A DNA stretch of 64,000 nucleotides, taken from positions 24,862,001-24,926,000 of the forward strand of contig OY740818.1 of the NCBI GenBank assembly GCA_963514005.1, given 5' to 3'. Positions 11,095 to 23,610 of this stretch are shown in pieces (position 1 is the stretch's first letter; each line of letters opens with the position of its first letter). This stretch comes from Raja brachyura. Lineage: Eukaryota. The notes beneath the pieces were generated by a model. The model saw nothing but the letters and a program-made list of their open reading frames with translations. It was not told the DNA's origin and searched no databases. Both the position numbers and the translations under genes were made by a program.

Positions 11095-11310
11095 TGTCAC
11101 CGGTACTCACCTCCCCACCATCGAAGGGATCTACAGGAGGCGCTTGTTCACTGAGGCAGCCAGCATCATCAGAGACCCACACCACTCTGGCCACGCTCTC
11201 ATCTTGCTGCTACCATCGGGAAGAAAGTACAGGAGCCTGAAAATCGTGACCTCCAGGTACAAGAACAGCTTAATCTCATCAACCATCAGGCTCTTGAACA
11301 CTGCAAAACA
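11095..11310 (+). mobile_element. Rex1/Babar-type LINE 3' fragment
   Basis: AASIIRDPHHSGHALILLLPSGRKYRSLKIVTSRYKNSLISSTIRLLN. Confidence 0.85.
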
Positions 11311-11789
11311 CCAAAGAAACACACAGCAGGCCAACTGATCCATGCCAACCAAAATTCCCCCAGTCCCATTTACATGCATTTGTTCCATATCCGTCTCAAC
11401 CTTTGCCAGCCAGACTTCAGGGTTTTTTGCAGTATTATTGGGGTAATTAGTTTAGTTTATGATGTTACCTATGTGTATTGTGTTTGCGGGTCTGCTCTGC
11501 TGCTGCAAGTATGAATGTCAGTACAGATGATCATTAAATACGCCAAACAGTGGGTTGTGTGGCTCGGTGGTTAAGGCTAACCTGCTGTGGCAGGGATTGA
11601 GTGGTGCTGAAACATGGACACACGGTGATTTAATCGCACCTCAGGGGAGGGGGTCTTTGGAGTTGCAGAGCTGGGTAGGTGGTCCCTGCTCTAACAAGCA
11701 CCTCACTTCTTAACGTCTTCATGTGTTATCCTGGTGCTGGTGGGCAGGGCAGGGCAGAGGGAATATCACAAATCTGCGGGGTGTGGAAC

Positions 11790-12297
11790 TGTGTCGGAAG
11801 GAACTGCAGATGCTGGTTTAAACCGAAGATAGACACAAAAAGTTGGAGTAACTCAGTGTGTCAGGCAGCATCTCTGGAGAAAAGGAATAGGTGATGTTTC
11901 GAGCCGAGACCATCCTTCAGACTGCGAGTCAGTGGAAAGGGAAACTAGAGATACTGTATGGACAGTGATATAGAGAGATATAGAAGAATGCAAAAAAGTA
12001 AACAGGCCATTGTTCGCTGTGGGCTAGGTGAAAATGAGTTACAGACAATGAGATAACAAGGTGATTTTGAAGCTGGTATGACTTGGGTGGGGAAGGGATG
12101 GAGAGGGAGGGGTGCAAGTTAGACAGGTTAATGTTCATACCACTGGGGTGTAAGCTGCCCAAGTGAAATATGAGATGCGGTTCCTCCAATTTGCACTGGG
12201 CCTCACTCTGACAAGGGAGGAGGGCCAGGACAGAGAGGTCAGTGTGGGAATGGGAGGGGTAATGAAAATGTTTGGCAACCGGGAGATCATGTCGATC
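11790..12297 (-). mobile_element. Penelope-like element 3' end (GIY-YIG C-terminus + pLTR + tail)
   Basis: minus translation HDLPVAKHFHYPSHSHTDLSVLALLPCQSEAQCKLEEPHLIFHLGSLHPSGMNINLSNL. Confidence 0.85.
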
Positions 12298-12679
12298 AGG
12301 CAGTGTTGCTTTACAAAGGCAGAAGCTGTGGGCCTGGAGTAACGGGAGAAGGTGTGACTGACTTATTGGGAATAGTTTGTGGTTTAATGATGAACCGTGA
12401 CTGAGGCATCAACCTCTCTATCAGAGGTCACTTTCTGCAGCTGCCCGATCCTGCGACCACAATCTGCAAAGCCCAGCAAACACATTCGGATTCTCACTCG
12501 ACAACGGCCAGAGTGAGTGTCACATCTCCGCCACCCCTCCCTGGTGAAATGTCCATGCCACCTCCACACCACTAATGGATTCCTCTGGTAATTCTGCTTT
12601 CAGATACAATCTGGGAGTAACGGCCACACATCAGGTACATCACAGCACCAACATTTACAGCACTGTTCTCAGGCACCAG

Positions 12680-12990
12680 AATCACAGAGGCATACAGCAT
12701 GGAAACAGGCCCTTCGGCCCATTTTGTCCATGCTGTCCAAAGTGCCCCATCGAAGCGAGTCCAATTGCCTGCCTTTGGCTGATATCCCTACAATCCTTTG
12801 CTATCCATGCATCTGTCCAAATGTCTTTTACATATTGTTATTCTACTTGCTTCAACTATTTCCTCTGGCAGCTCGTTCCATACAACAACCTCCCTCTGTG
12901 TGAAAACGTCTCTTAGGTTCCTATTAAATCTTTCCCCTCTCACCTCAATCCTACGCACTCTAGTTCTTGATTCCTTTACCCTGGGAGAAC
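12680..12990 (-). mobile_element. CR1-clade (HER1-like) LINE 3' end
   Basis: VRGERFNRNLRDVFTQREVVVWNELPEEIVEA..KRHLDRCMD; GGGCCGAAGGGCCTGTTTCC tail shared with the SINE. Confidence 0.85.
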
Positions 12991-13094
12991 GATTCTGGTA
13001 TTCTCCACATGTGTGGGTATTATACTTACTGGGAATTGTTCCTGCTTGAACATCAGTCCAAGAATGCAGACCAGAGCATCTGTCTCTATTTACA

Positions 13095-13408
13095 ACAGCA
13101 CGGTGGTGCAGTGGTAGAGTTGCTGCCTCAGTACCAGAGACCAGAGTTCGATCCCGACTACGGGTGCTGTCTATACGGAGTTTGTACGTTCTGCCCGTGA
13201 CCTTCATGGGTTTTCTCCGAGATCTTCAGTTTCCACCCACACTCCAAAGATGTACAGGTTTGTAGGTTAATTGGCTTGGTATAACACAAAAAGTAAAATT
13301 GTCCCTAGTGCGTGCAGGATAGTGTTAATGTGCGGGGATACCATGTCAACACGGACTCGGTGGGAAGAAGGGCCTGTTTCTGTGCTGTATCTCTAAGCAA
13401 AACAAAAC
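13095..13408 (+). mobile_element. HE1/V-SINE-type SINE
   Basis: A box TGGTGCAGTGG, B box GAGTTCGATCC, V-domain, 3' tail. Confidence 0.9.
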
Positions 13409-13640
13409 GCTCACAGCAATTCAGTTGTGGAGGGTTAGAATGGATTAGTTCACCCAGCAGAAGAGGGAGTGGTGGAATCAGATTCAGTATTCAGTCATTC
13501 TATGAGTATGTCCCGCTGAGTTACTCCAGCATTTTGTGTCTATCGGAATCTACAATCTCCAAATTGCTATTATTTACATGTCAATGAGGGTCAGATTAAT
13601 TTATTTCCAGGAAGAGACTGAAGGAACCATATATTTGGTG

Positions 13641-13855
13641 AAAATAAACACAAACTGCTGCAGTAACTCAACGGGACAGGCAGCATCGCTGGAGAGAAGA
13701 GATCGGTGACATTTCGGGTCGAGACCCTTCATCTGGAAGAAGGGTCTTGACCTGAAACATCACCCATTCCTTCTCTCCAGAAATGCTGCCTGAGTTACTT
13801 CAGCTTGTTATGTCTATCTTCGGTTTAAACCAGCATCTGCAGTTCCTTCCTGCAC
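13641..13855. mobile_element. fold-back (inverted) Penelope pLTR insertion with 10-bp TSD
   Basis: TSD ATATTTGGTG at 13631-13640 and 13856-13865; two inverted arms; ~35-nt unpaired tail on right arm. Confidence 0.85.
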
Positions 13856-14413
13856 ATATTTGGTGCATGCTGTTTCTGGTATTATTGGAGTGCTGCAGGG
13901 ACATGTGAATGGAGGGGGGTGTGAGTACATTTTGGCGAAGAAAACCTTTGATTTCATGCACCTCAAACTGGAATTAAAGATACCGGCAGAGTTAAACAAT
14001 AAGCAGAATAAGAAAACATAGTGCAGGAGTTTAAAAAGAAATCAGAACCAGCACAAATGGGAAAGGTTGCTTGTTCTGAGTGCTTTTGTTCAACGCTCCA
14101 CATAAATCTTGCAATCTCAGCTCCTAATTTTTGTTAGCATTCCTCAGAAAAATCGTTACATTTTTATGAGACCACAAACCTCAGGTGCTGGAATCTTGAG
14201 CAAAACACAAAGTGCTGGAGGAACTCAGTGGGTCACCATCACCTTGTGCACTGTGGAAGGCACAATCGTAGTTGTCTTTCCGCCAGCTGGATAGCACGCA
14301 ACAAAAGCTTTTCACTGTACCTCGGTAAATGTGACAATTAACTAAAACAAGACTAAAACTATGTGTTTAAATATAATGAGTGATTCTGGCTCTCCCACCT
14401 TCTCAAGCAGTGA

Positions 14414-14605
14414 AGGTAGACAAAAATGCTGGAGAAACTCAGCGGGTGAGGTAGCATCTATAGAGCGAAGGAATAGGTGACGTTTCAGGTCGAGATCCCA
14501 AATGTCACCTATTCCTTCACTCCATAGATGCTGCCTCACCTGCTGAGTTTCTCCAGCATTTTTGTCTACCTTCGATTTTTCCAGCATTTGCAGTTCTTTC
14601 TTAAA
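14414..14605. mobile_element. fold-back Penelope pLTR insertion
   Basis: near-perfect inverted arms; degenerate 15-bp TSD CTTCTCAAGCAGTGA (14399-14413) / CTTCTCAGTTAGTGA (14606-14620). Confidence 0.8.
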
Positions 14606-14689
14606 CTTCTCAGTTAGTGAGATCAAAACATCCAACCACCTATTAATTGCCATGAAAATAATGGTGATCTTTGACTGGAGCATATATCA

Positions 14690-15020
14690 CATGGACTACT
14701 GGGGTCAGGGTTCAGCAGTTGACTAACTGATCAATTTGCCAATGTTCACCATTAATACATTTGTAAGGATTACCAGCATTAACCAGTGTAAGCCCCTTGG
14801 TCACAGTGCCCCAGTAAGGCCCTTGTTAGTCAGAGCGAGGTGTTGGGGAGAATGCTTGTCCTCCGGGCTAGACATTGAGTAATTAACCACGCACCACATC
14901 TGTGGCCACTGGGGAGGTAATTGTTTCCAGACATAATGAGAGCAAGTTCAGCACGTGTCCTCCAGATTAACCCCTTCTACATCTAACTTAACGCCAAAGC
15001 AACTCATATTCTTACCACAG
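14690..15020. promoter_or_regulatory. candidate enhancer
   Basis: nuclear-receptor DR1 GGGTCAgGGTTCA at 14702-14714, K50-type GGATTA, TAATTA and CACGTG motifs in TE-free sequence. Confidence 0.3.
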
Positions 15021-15331
15021 CACCGAGTGTTGTGGAGAGGCACTGTGGAGATACATATTTGAGTCTAGAATAATGGTTGAAATATGAAGTTGACAGCACA
15101 TACTGGGTTTTGCAGAGACCCTTCTTCACGCATCCCTTCTCTCCAGAGATGCTGCCTGTCCCGCTGAGTTACTCCACCAGTTTGTGTCTATATTCGGTGT
15201 AAACCAGCATCTGCACTTCCTTCCTACATATAATATTTGTGTCACTGTAAGCATCAAGATAAAATATAAATCAGTTTTAGTCTCACAGGTCAAAGAAGAC
15301 AAAAAGTGCTGGGGTACCGCCATGGGTCTCA

Positions 15332-15536
15332 CCTCAGAGGGCGGTGGAGGCCGATTCTCTGGATACTTTCAAGAGAGAGCTAGATTGGGCTCTTAAAGAT
15401 AGCAGAGTCAGGGTGTATGGGGAGAAAGCAGGAACGGGGTACTGATTGGGGATGATCTGCCATGATCACATTGAATGGCGGTGCTGGCTCGAAGGGCTGA
15501 ATGGCCTACTCCTGCACCTATTGTCTATTGTCTATT
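15332..15536 (+). mobile_element. CR1-clade LINE 3' end
   Basis: FKRELDWALKDSRVRVYGEKAGTGY*, 3' UTR and (ATTGTCT)3 tail. Confidence 0.9.
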
Positions 15537-17214
15537 GGGTCAGGCAGCATCTCTGGAGAACATGGACAGATGACGTTTTGGATCAGGACCATTCATCCAT
15601 CTGCTATTTCCTGCAATGGATCTCAACTTTATTTTCCCGCTGAGTTACCCAGCACCTTAGGTCTTTTTTTTTGTAACCCAGCATCTGCAGTTCCTTGTCT
15701 CCACGTTACTCTCATAGGTGGAGGTTTACAAAAACCAGCATCACTGGGTTTCTTCTCAAACACGTGGCAGCTCCAGGGAGCGCAGGCTCTAAGTGACCAA
15801 TTAGCTGCTTCAGTGAGTGGCATTCCTTCCACATCAGCCTGGCGTGAGAAGTTGTTTACGGCCCAGGAGGTTAGTTGCTGCTTGTTCCAGGGCATGGAGC
15901 ATGGTCCCAGTAACAGATTGTGCACTAAAGATTTCCAGGTGCCTCTCTGTGTCCCAGAATAACTGAACCACATTCACCTCCACCGTCGCTGTGCTATAAA
16001 TGTGGTGGCAAGTTCAACACTTAATGTGTGTGACACATAATGAACTCTCATCAAAGATTAAACTCCAGTCTACTGCAAGCTGCATCCAATTATCCCTCTT
16101 TGCACACAGGTGCACCAAGACTTCTGGTGTAAGATTTGCATTCCAGTCGATGACTAGAATGAGGGGGGCATTGATTGGAATGTGAATTCATGTAGTTCAG
16201 AAGTTCATTAATCATAGGAGCGGAATTAGGCCATTCGGCCCATCGAGTCTACTCACCATTCAATCATGGCTGATCTAACATTTATGTTAGAGTATGAATG
16301 ATACGAGCGTACTACATGAATGGTAAGTCCCTGGGAACACTAATGAACAGAGGGACCGACACAAGAAGCCCCCTGGGTTGGTGGCCACCATTAGTCAGAG
16401 CATTGAATGGCCCCATAGCAGAAGCGTCCACATCGCGGGGTTGGGAACTGGAAGTATCCTGGGCTAATTCTGCTACCACCACCATCTACTGCAACAAGTG
16501 ACGGCTCCCACTGATTGTCGCCGGAAGCTTGCGTCCGTTTCAGGACGGACGGACGATGACAGCGATGTCAACATTTGTAACATGGAAGATGGACACGACA
16601 GAAGAAGAAGATGTATTGAATAACATGCATATTGGTACTGACATTGGCTATGTTTCCACACTGTATGACTCTGTCTAGATGCACGTACACACAATGTCAC
16701 AATGAATAAACATATCTGTCACCAGGCCTGAAAACAAAATAATGACATTTAACTTCTATCAGTATATATGTTTACAAGAAAACGCTTGCATTAACAATCA
16801 GCTTTTAAATTTAATGGCAATCACGTACTTTTAAACAGACAAGTATCATTAACACAGCACCATTTAACATGATAAAGCAAAATAAATTCACATCCATTCC
16901 TGAGAAGTTGTGATAAGTATCTGGGTATAAGTTGTGTTCAGTTGTGATATCTGCCCTGCATAATACACATATACTGCTGCAGCTGTAACGTGTTATCAGA
17001 AGTGACTTGTTTATCTTCAGTTACTGAATGTCATTGACATTTTGGGAGCATGAGTTTGTTTAACAGCAGCAAGCACTGAAATCTGTCCAAGGTTTTCTTG
17101 GAAGAAAAAGTCCAGACTTCAAATCATTTATATTCTGTGAGGAAGTGGGCAAAGGGTCAGCACGGTGTGATGGGCAGAAAGGCCCTTCTGTCTGCTGCAT
17201 GAATCTGTGACTAT

Positions 17215-17410
17215 GAGCTTGGACAGCTTAGATTGTTTTTTCTTCAACATCGGAGGTTGCGAGGAGACCTGATATAAGTGTATAACATGATGAGAGGCAT
17301 AGATGGGGTAGACAGTCAGAACCTTTCCTCCTGTGTGGAGATGTCAAAGACTAGAGTACACAGCTTTAAGATGAGAGAAGCAATGTTTAAAGGAGATGTA
17401 TGGGGCAAGT
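17215..17410 (+). mobile_element. CR1-clade LINE fragment
   Basis: RRLRGDLI.VYNMMRGIDGVD..L..SKTRVHSFKMR. Confidence 0.75.
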
Positions 17411-18444
17411 ACATATTGTTGTGGTAAATAGATTTAGAAGTGACTCAGGCTTATTCTACAGAACAATGTGATTGACAGACAGTCTGGAGAAGGTTCCCGA
17501 CTCAAATCCTCGTCTGTCCATTCCTTCCACAGATGCCACAGATAATGTCTCATAATCTTTACAGCACGCTTCTGGAAACAGTGTCTAATTCATTCAGTCC
17601 TTTGTAAAGTCCGACTCTACTGCTGATTTATGTTCTAGTCCAGTAATGTCATGGATTTGATTCATTCAATCTCCCTGCTAGTCCCAGAGATCTCTGCTAC
17701 CCAATCTCCAGAGACCAAAGTTCATCTGCTCTCCCCCTTGCAACCTGACCATTATCTTTGGCAGAGAACTGCAGCCGAGCGGTGGTGAGGCAAGCTTGCT
17801 CATTCTCCCCGCTCTTGTGTATTCCCTCTGCATATTCCATCTCGTTTTCAGAACTCTTGATGGATTTCAGAACTAAAGCAGTCATACTGAAAGCAATAAA
17901 AAATAATGTGTCCAGATTATCAAAAACTTAATGATGTGAGATCTGGTCTGTCACTTGCTCCATTAATATCACACTTTGTTCAAGTTCAATTGCACATAAA
18001 TCACCAAGACAAATGTAACGGGACATTGGCAGACTTAGATATCGTTATTTAATGTTGTCTTATGCTTATAATGGCTGGTTAATAAAGTCCATTATCAATA
18101 AATAACCCACGTTGAGATTAAACATTGTAAATACTTAAATACAAGAATAGTTACATTTACATCTATAAGATGTAGTTATTTTTTTCTTGTTTGAGTTTAT
18201 TGAACATTATTAGTTATCAGAACAAATGCAACTTTCAGCCAAGCCGTCTCATTGTTGACACTGTGATATTAACGTCCGCAATGGGTTTAGAAAAACAGAG
18301 GAGTGTTGATTAATTATCGTTCCATTTTACTTGTTTATTGCAAGATATAAATTGCTTATGTCTTTGTTGAAATATATGCCTAGATTGATCAATTGCTAAA
18401 TAAGTCACTGACAGACTTAATGTTAAATATGACACAAGATTTTA

Positions 18445-18750
18445 GAGTCATAGTCATCGAGCTGCACAGCACAGAAACAGACCCTTCGGCCCACCTTGTC
18501 CTTGCCATCCAAGCTGGCATACTGGACTAGTCCCATTTGCCTGCATTTGGCCCATAACCCACTGGTTATCTGTCCAAATGTTTTTTAAAAGTTGCATTGA
18601 GGTCGCATCTATAGCTTTCTCTGGCAGCTCATTCCAGATGCGGACTACCCTCTGAGTGAAGATGTGGCCCTGACATTTCTCTTTAAATCTCTCCCCTTTC
18701 ATCCTAAGCCTGTGCCCTCTACTTTTTGAGTCCTCTATCCTTGGAAAATG
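18445..18750 (-). mobile_element. CR1-clade LINE 3' end
   Basis: KGERFKEKCQGHIFTQRVVRIWNELPEKAIDA; 3' tail. Confidence 0.85.
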
Positions 18751-18871
18751 TTTTGCAGTAAGGTTTGAGTGCCTTGATTTAATCTTCAGTTCACTAACAG
18801 CAGAATATTTAGGAATTAAACAATGAGAGGTTGGGGCAGAGAATTTGTCTGTTCAAGAATCAGATTTGTGA

Positions 18872-19252
18872 TGTTTAAGGAAGAACTGCAGATGCTAGAA
18901 AAATCGAAGGTAGACAAAAATGCTGGAGAAACCCAACGGGTGAGGCGGCATCTACAGAGAGACGGAATAGGCAACGTTTCGGGTTGAGACCCTTCTTCAG
19001 ACATTTGGTCAGGTATGTGGATGGGACAGGTTTGGAGGGATTATGGACAAACTCAGGCAGGTGGGACTAGTGCAGATGGGGCATCTTGGTCCACATGGAC
19101 AAGTTGGGCCGAGGAATCTGTTTAGAAAGGAATTGCAGATGCCAGTTTATGCCGAGGATAGACACAAAAAGCTGGAATAACTCAGCGGGACAGGCAGCAT
19201 CCCTGAAGAGAAGGAATGGGCGACGTTTCAGGTCGTGACCCTTCTTCAGACC
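18872..19252 (-). mobile_element. two Penelope pLTR arms (18872-19002, 19124-19252) in a CR1 tail, each with a hammerhead core
   Basis: reverse complements CTGAAGAAGGGTCTCAACCCGAAACGTT (18973-19000) and CTGAAGAAGGGTCACGACCTGAAACGTC (19222-19249). Confidence 0.8.
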
Positions 19253-19942
19253 TCTTCAGCATGGGTCTGTTTCCATGCATTATGACTATGGATTTAGGTT
19301 TACTGATAACAAAGGTAAAGAACATGCTTTACATTATAGGTTCATCGTTCTTGGTTCATGGTCCTCCAAAATATTCCAAATGGAATTTAAACTGGAGGTA
19401 ACCTTAACCTAACCCAAGATGGTTGGAAACAGACCAGAGTACAAAGTGCTGGAATAACTCAGTGGGTCAGGCAGCATCAGTGGAGGGAATGGACAGGACC
19501 CTTCTTCAGACTGAGAGGTTTGCATCTTCTCTCTGTTGCCTTTGACCCACTCTTGTCCAACTGCCAGCGGCTGCCTGCACGTGGGGGCTGTTTTTTGTTG
19601 TCTCTTGCTTTCCAAAGATTCACTGCCAAACTGAAGGATAAATCACAGCAGTTAATAGGACAAACATAAGTGATACAAATTATTTAAATATGCTAATTGC
19701 CAAATAACTCAGGAAAGAGGCAGGTGGACCTTGTAACCACAATTGATCCCAGGAGAGGGAATGAGATGAGGATGTGAAGGGAACATGATGAAGGGCTTGG
19801 CAAAGGCTTTGTAGATTGCTTCCAACGCAACGGGCAATGACGCAAGTTGTGTTGGATCGCACCATCCATCATTGCAATGGAACTGACCCGTGAACCTCTG
19901 CTGCATTACTCCCATCCGTGGCCATTGGAACAATATTCCTCC

Positions 19943-21113
19943 AGCACAGAAACAGACCCTTCGGCCTAACGAGTCCATACTGACCATCGATCAGCCTAGT
20001 TCCATGTTAACTCACCTCTGCATCCACTCCCTACACACTAGGGGCCATTTACAGAGGGCCAGTTATCATAAAAACCTCCAGGTCTTTAGGATGTGAGAGG
20101 TATGTTAGCATTCATAGCGAAAGGATTTGAGTATAGGAGCAGGGAGGTTCTACTGCAGTTGTACAGGGTTTTGGTGAGGCCACACCTGGAGTATTGCGTA
20201 CAGTTTTGGTCTCCAAATCTGAGGAAAGACATCCTTGCCATAGAGGGGGTACAGAGAAGATTCACCAGACTGATTCCTGGGATGTCAGGACTTTTATATG
20301 AGGAAAGATTGGATAGACTCGGCTTGTACTCGCTGGAATTTAGAAGATTGAGGGGGGATCTTATAGAAACTTACAAAATTCTTAAGGGGTTGGACAAGCT
20401 AGATGCTGGAAGATTGTTCCCGATGTTGGGGGAGTCCAGAACAAGGGGTCACAGTCTAAGGATAAGGGGGAATTCCTTTAGGACCGAGATGAGGAAAACA
20501 TTCTTTACACAGAGAGTGGTGAGTCTCTGGAATTCTCTGCCACAGAAGGTAGTTGAGGCCAGTTCATTGGCTATATTTAAGAGGGCTTTAGATGTGGCAC
20601 TTGTGGCTAAAGGGATCAGGGGGTATGGAGAGAAGGCAGGTACGGGATACTGAGTTGGATGATCAGCCATGATCATATTGAATGGCGGTGCAGGCTCGAA
20701 GGGCTGAATGGCCTACTCCTGCACCTATTTTTCTACGTTTCTATGTTTCTATGAAACCAGAGCCCCAGAAGAAACTTGTGCAGTCACAGGAAGATTGTGC
20801 ACACTCCACACAGACAGCACTCAAGCTTGGGATCGAACCCCGGTTTAATTTAGCTTAGAGATACAGCGCAGAAATAGACCTATAAACTTAAAAACCTGTA
20901 CATCTTTGGAGTGTGGGAGGAAACCGAAGATCTCGGAGAAAACCCACGCAGTCACGGGGAAAACGTACAAACTCCGTACACTCGTAGACATGATCGAACC
21001 CGGGTCTCCGGTGCTGTGAACGCTGTACGGCAGCAACTCTGCCGCTGCGCCATCTTGCTGCCCAGTCTCCGGCATTGTGAGGCAGCAGCTCCATTAGCTG
21101 TGCCATTGTGCTG
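19943..21113 (-). mobile_element. HE1/V-SINE split by a CR1 (~20099-20753) and a second SINE (20845-21063)
   Basis: SINE consensus GTGGGAGG|AAACC and GATCGAACCC.GT|CTC resume exactly across the two inserts. Confidence 0.8.
20099..20753 (+). mobile_element. young CR1-clade LINE, 5'-truncated, ORF2 C-terminus still open
   Basis: uninterrupted frame GMLAFIAKGFEYRSREVLLQLYRVLVRPHLEYCVQFWSP...GIRGYGEKAGTGY*; (TTTCTATG)n tail. Confidence 0.95.
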
Positions 21114-21383
21114 TCCTCTTCTGAACAGTCCATCCATAAGCTAGGGGACTGTCCAATTCACCTCTACCCCTTCCCTGTCTCTGGAACTGGTGCTCTGCAA
21201 CCTCAGAGCAATATTCTGCACTCTTTGCTCAATCTATTATACTTGAGATTGATGATTGTATTTATGTATTTTCTAATCTGATTGGATAGCATGCAAACAA
21301 AGTTTCTCACTGTAGAAACAAGGAACTGTGGGTACTGGTTTACCAAGGAAAGACACTAAATACTTGCGCAACTCAGGGTGTTA

Positions 21384-21690
21384 TGGGTCTGTCCCACACA
21401 GGTGATTTTTTAGGCAACTAGTTTGTTGCCGGTGTTCGCCAGGAGTAGTCTCCTCAGTCGTGCAAAAAGTCGTTGCGCCCTTCTGGTCGCCGCTAAATTT
21501 TCAACATGTTGGAAATGTTTCGGCGACAATGGGTTTGACGCCAATGAGTGTAGCTTGACTTCGTTTGACGTCGGTACTGTCGTAGGTTGCCGCCAGGATG
21601 ACGTAGGTTGTCGCCGGTCTTTCGGCGACCTGCTACGACTATCACAGTCACCGGCAGTTGCCTGAAACATCGCCAAGTGGGACAGGCCCA
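21384..21690. mobile_element. PIF/Harbinger-type MITE
   Basis: TIR TGGGTCTGTCCCAC / GTGGGACAGGCCCA; TTA at 21381-21383 and 21691-21693. Confidence 0.85.
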
Positions 21691-22639
21691 TTAGGCAACA
21701 TCTCTGTCCTCCATGTCACTGAGTTACTCCAGCAGTTTGCCTTTTCACTGCACCTGGTTGTTGAGGCAGGCACTACCGCAATGTTTAAGAAACAATTAGA
21801 TGGATAGGGCAGGTTTACAGGGATATGGGCCAAACGTAGGCAGATGGGTCATGTTGGTCGTCATGGGCAAGTTGGGCCGAAGGGCCTGTTTCCACGCTGT
21901 GTCACTCTATGACTATCTATGTCTTTGGTACGCGTGACACCCAACCTAAAGCATGCAGCAGTCCCTCACGTTGCCATGGAGCAGTTGGACAGACGTTGGG
22001 CTTGATGTCTCAAGCTGCACCTTGCTGAGTGAGTGTGCAGTGTCCCTGATCAACACAAACCTTGACCACTGCTGGGTCTTTGTTCAATGTCCAGGCTTAG
22101 TTGTACATTGGAAAACAGCCTTGTCCTGGCCAAAGCAAACCTGTAATGTGGAAAACAGACGAATTAAACACAAAACAAAAAAGATTAACGATACAAATAT
22201 TTTTAAACATTTTCAATGACATGAAGTATTTTTAAAAGTTGTCGAAGTAGAGAGATGTGGGTTCTCAAGGGGCTAATCTTGGTGGGTAAGGAGGATTGCC
22301 GTCTCGGTCTTGGACCATGCACTAGGTACGCTTCTCATTGTCCTGACGCCATCGGCTGTAGTCAGCCCTGGCTGCATATCTTCCTGTTGCTAAACAAAGC
22401 CACGGAATATAACAAGCAGGAACAGGAAGGTCCACACAACAGAATGTGAAGCTCGCAGCAACTAAAGTATCGGGTGGTGGGTGGGAAAGCATTGATTCAG
22501 GCTGCATTCCAATTAGTAAATAGTTCTGCTATTCACACAGCTCGGGAAATGTCTGCTTCTGAAATATACCCAGAGCTAAGTAACAACTTTAATACAAGTA
22601 ATCAGACCGCACCTAGCACAACCCTGCCCTCGGCAAAAC

Positions 22640-23080
22640 AAGCCCCAGGAGGAGCTCCACAGGTCAGGCAGCATCTGTGGAGGGTATGGACAGGCGACCC
22701 TTCTACAGACTGATGGAGTAGGGGGGAGAGAGCTGGTGAAGAGGTGAAGAGGTGAGAAGTGATGAGAGGTTTGATTTGCAGATGGATGGAGTGAGTGACA
22801 AAGGCTGGAGGTGAACAGGGCACATGAAGGTGCCAGAAGGAGAGAGGAGGAGGAGGAGTGAAATATGAAGCTGGAGGGGTCGATATAGGCGGAAGAGGAG
22901 GCGAGAAAGGAACGGGGAAAGTTAAGGCAATCATCCCTCCTCACCTGTATACCTCCACCTATCAGTTGCCAAACTTTGTCCCATCCCCACCTCACTTTTC
23001 CAGCTGTCTCCCTCCTACCCCTTCAATCTCAAGAAGGGTCCCGACTTGAAACGTCATCTGTCCATTCCCTCCACAGATGG
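22640..23080. mobile_element. older fold-back Penelope pLTR
   Basis: GGTCAGGCAGCATCTGTGGAGGG...CCCTTC arm and AAGAAGGGTCCCGACTTGAAACGTCATCTGTCCATTCCCTCCACAGATG arm. Confidence 0.65.
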
Positions 23081-23342
23081 GTTGGTTAGGTTTACTACTA
23101 TAGTCTTGAGCCCCGAGGTACAGTGAAAGGCTTTTGTTTATAGGCTATCAAACCAGATCAGATAATACAATCAAACTGTACAGGTGGAGTGAAGAGAGTA
23201 ATGCCAGCGTGAAGAATATTGTTGTCAGCCTTGTAGTGTCACAGCTCCAGAGACAGAGTCCAATGTCTGCGGTGAACTAGGTTCATAAAGGACTGTCCTG
23301 TAGTCTGGTGTAAGAGGCGAAGAAGCTGCTCCTTGGTCTGAT

Positions 23343-23610
23343 AGTTTAGTTTAGAGATACAGCATGGAAACGGGTCCACAGAGCCCGTGGCAACCAGCGA
23401 CCACCTGCACACTAGTTCTATCCGACACTCCAGGGACAATTAATCTACAGACATGCACGTCTTTGGCATGTGTGAGGAAACCAGAGAAAACCCAGGTGGT
23501 CACGGGGAGAACGTACAACCTCCGTACAGACAGCTCCCGTAGTCAGGATGGAACCCGGGTCTCTGGAGCTGTGAGGCAGCAACTCTACCGCTGCGCCACC
23601 GTGCCGCCCT
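23343..23610 (-). mobile_element. HE1/V-SINE-type SINE
   Basis: full head-to-tail consensus on minus strand. Confidence 0.9.

Noticed and set aside
20093-20653. 186-aa ORF as a host gene
   Set aside because: It is the CR1 ORF2 C-terminus of a 5'-truncated insertion, and the apparent start lies in the flanking SINE
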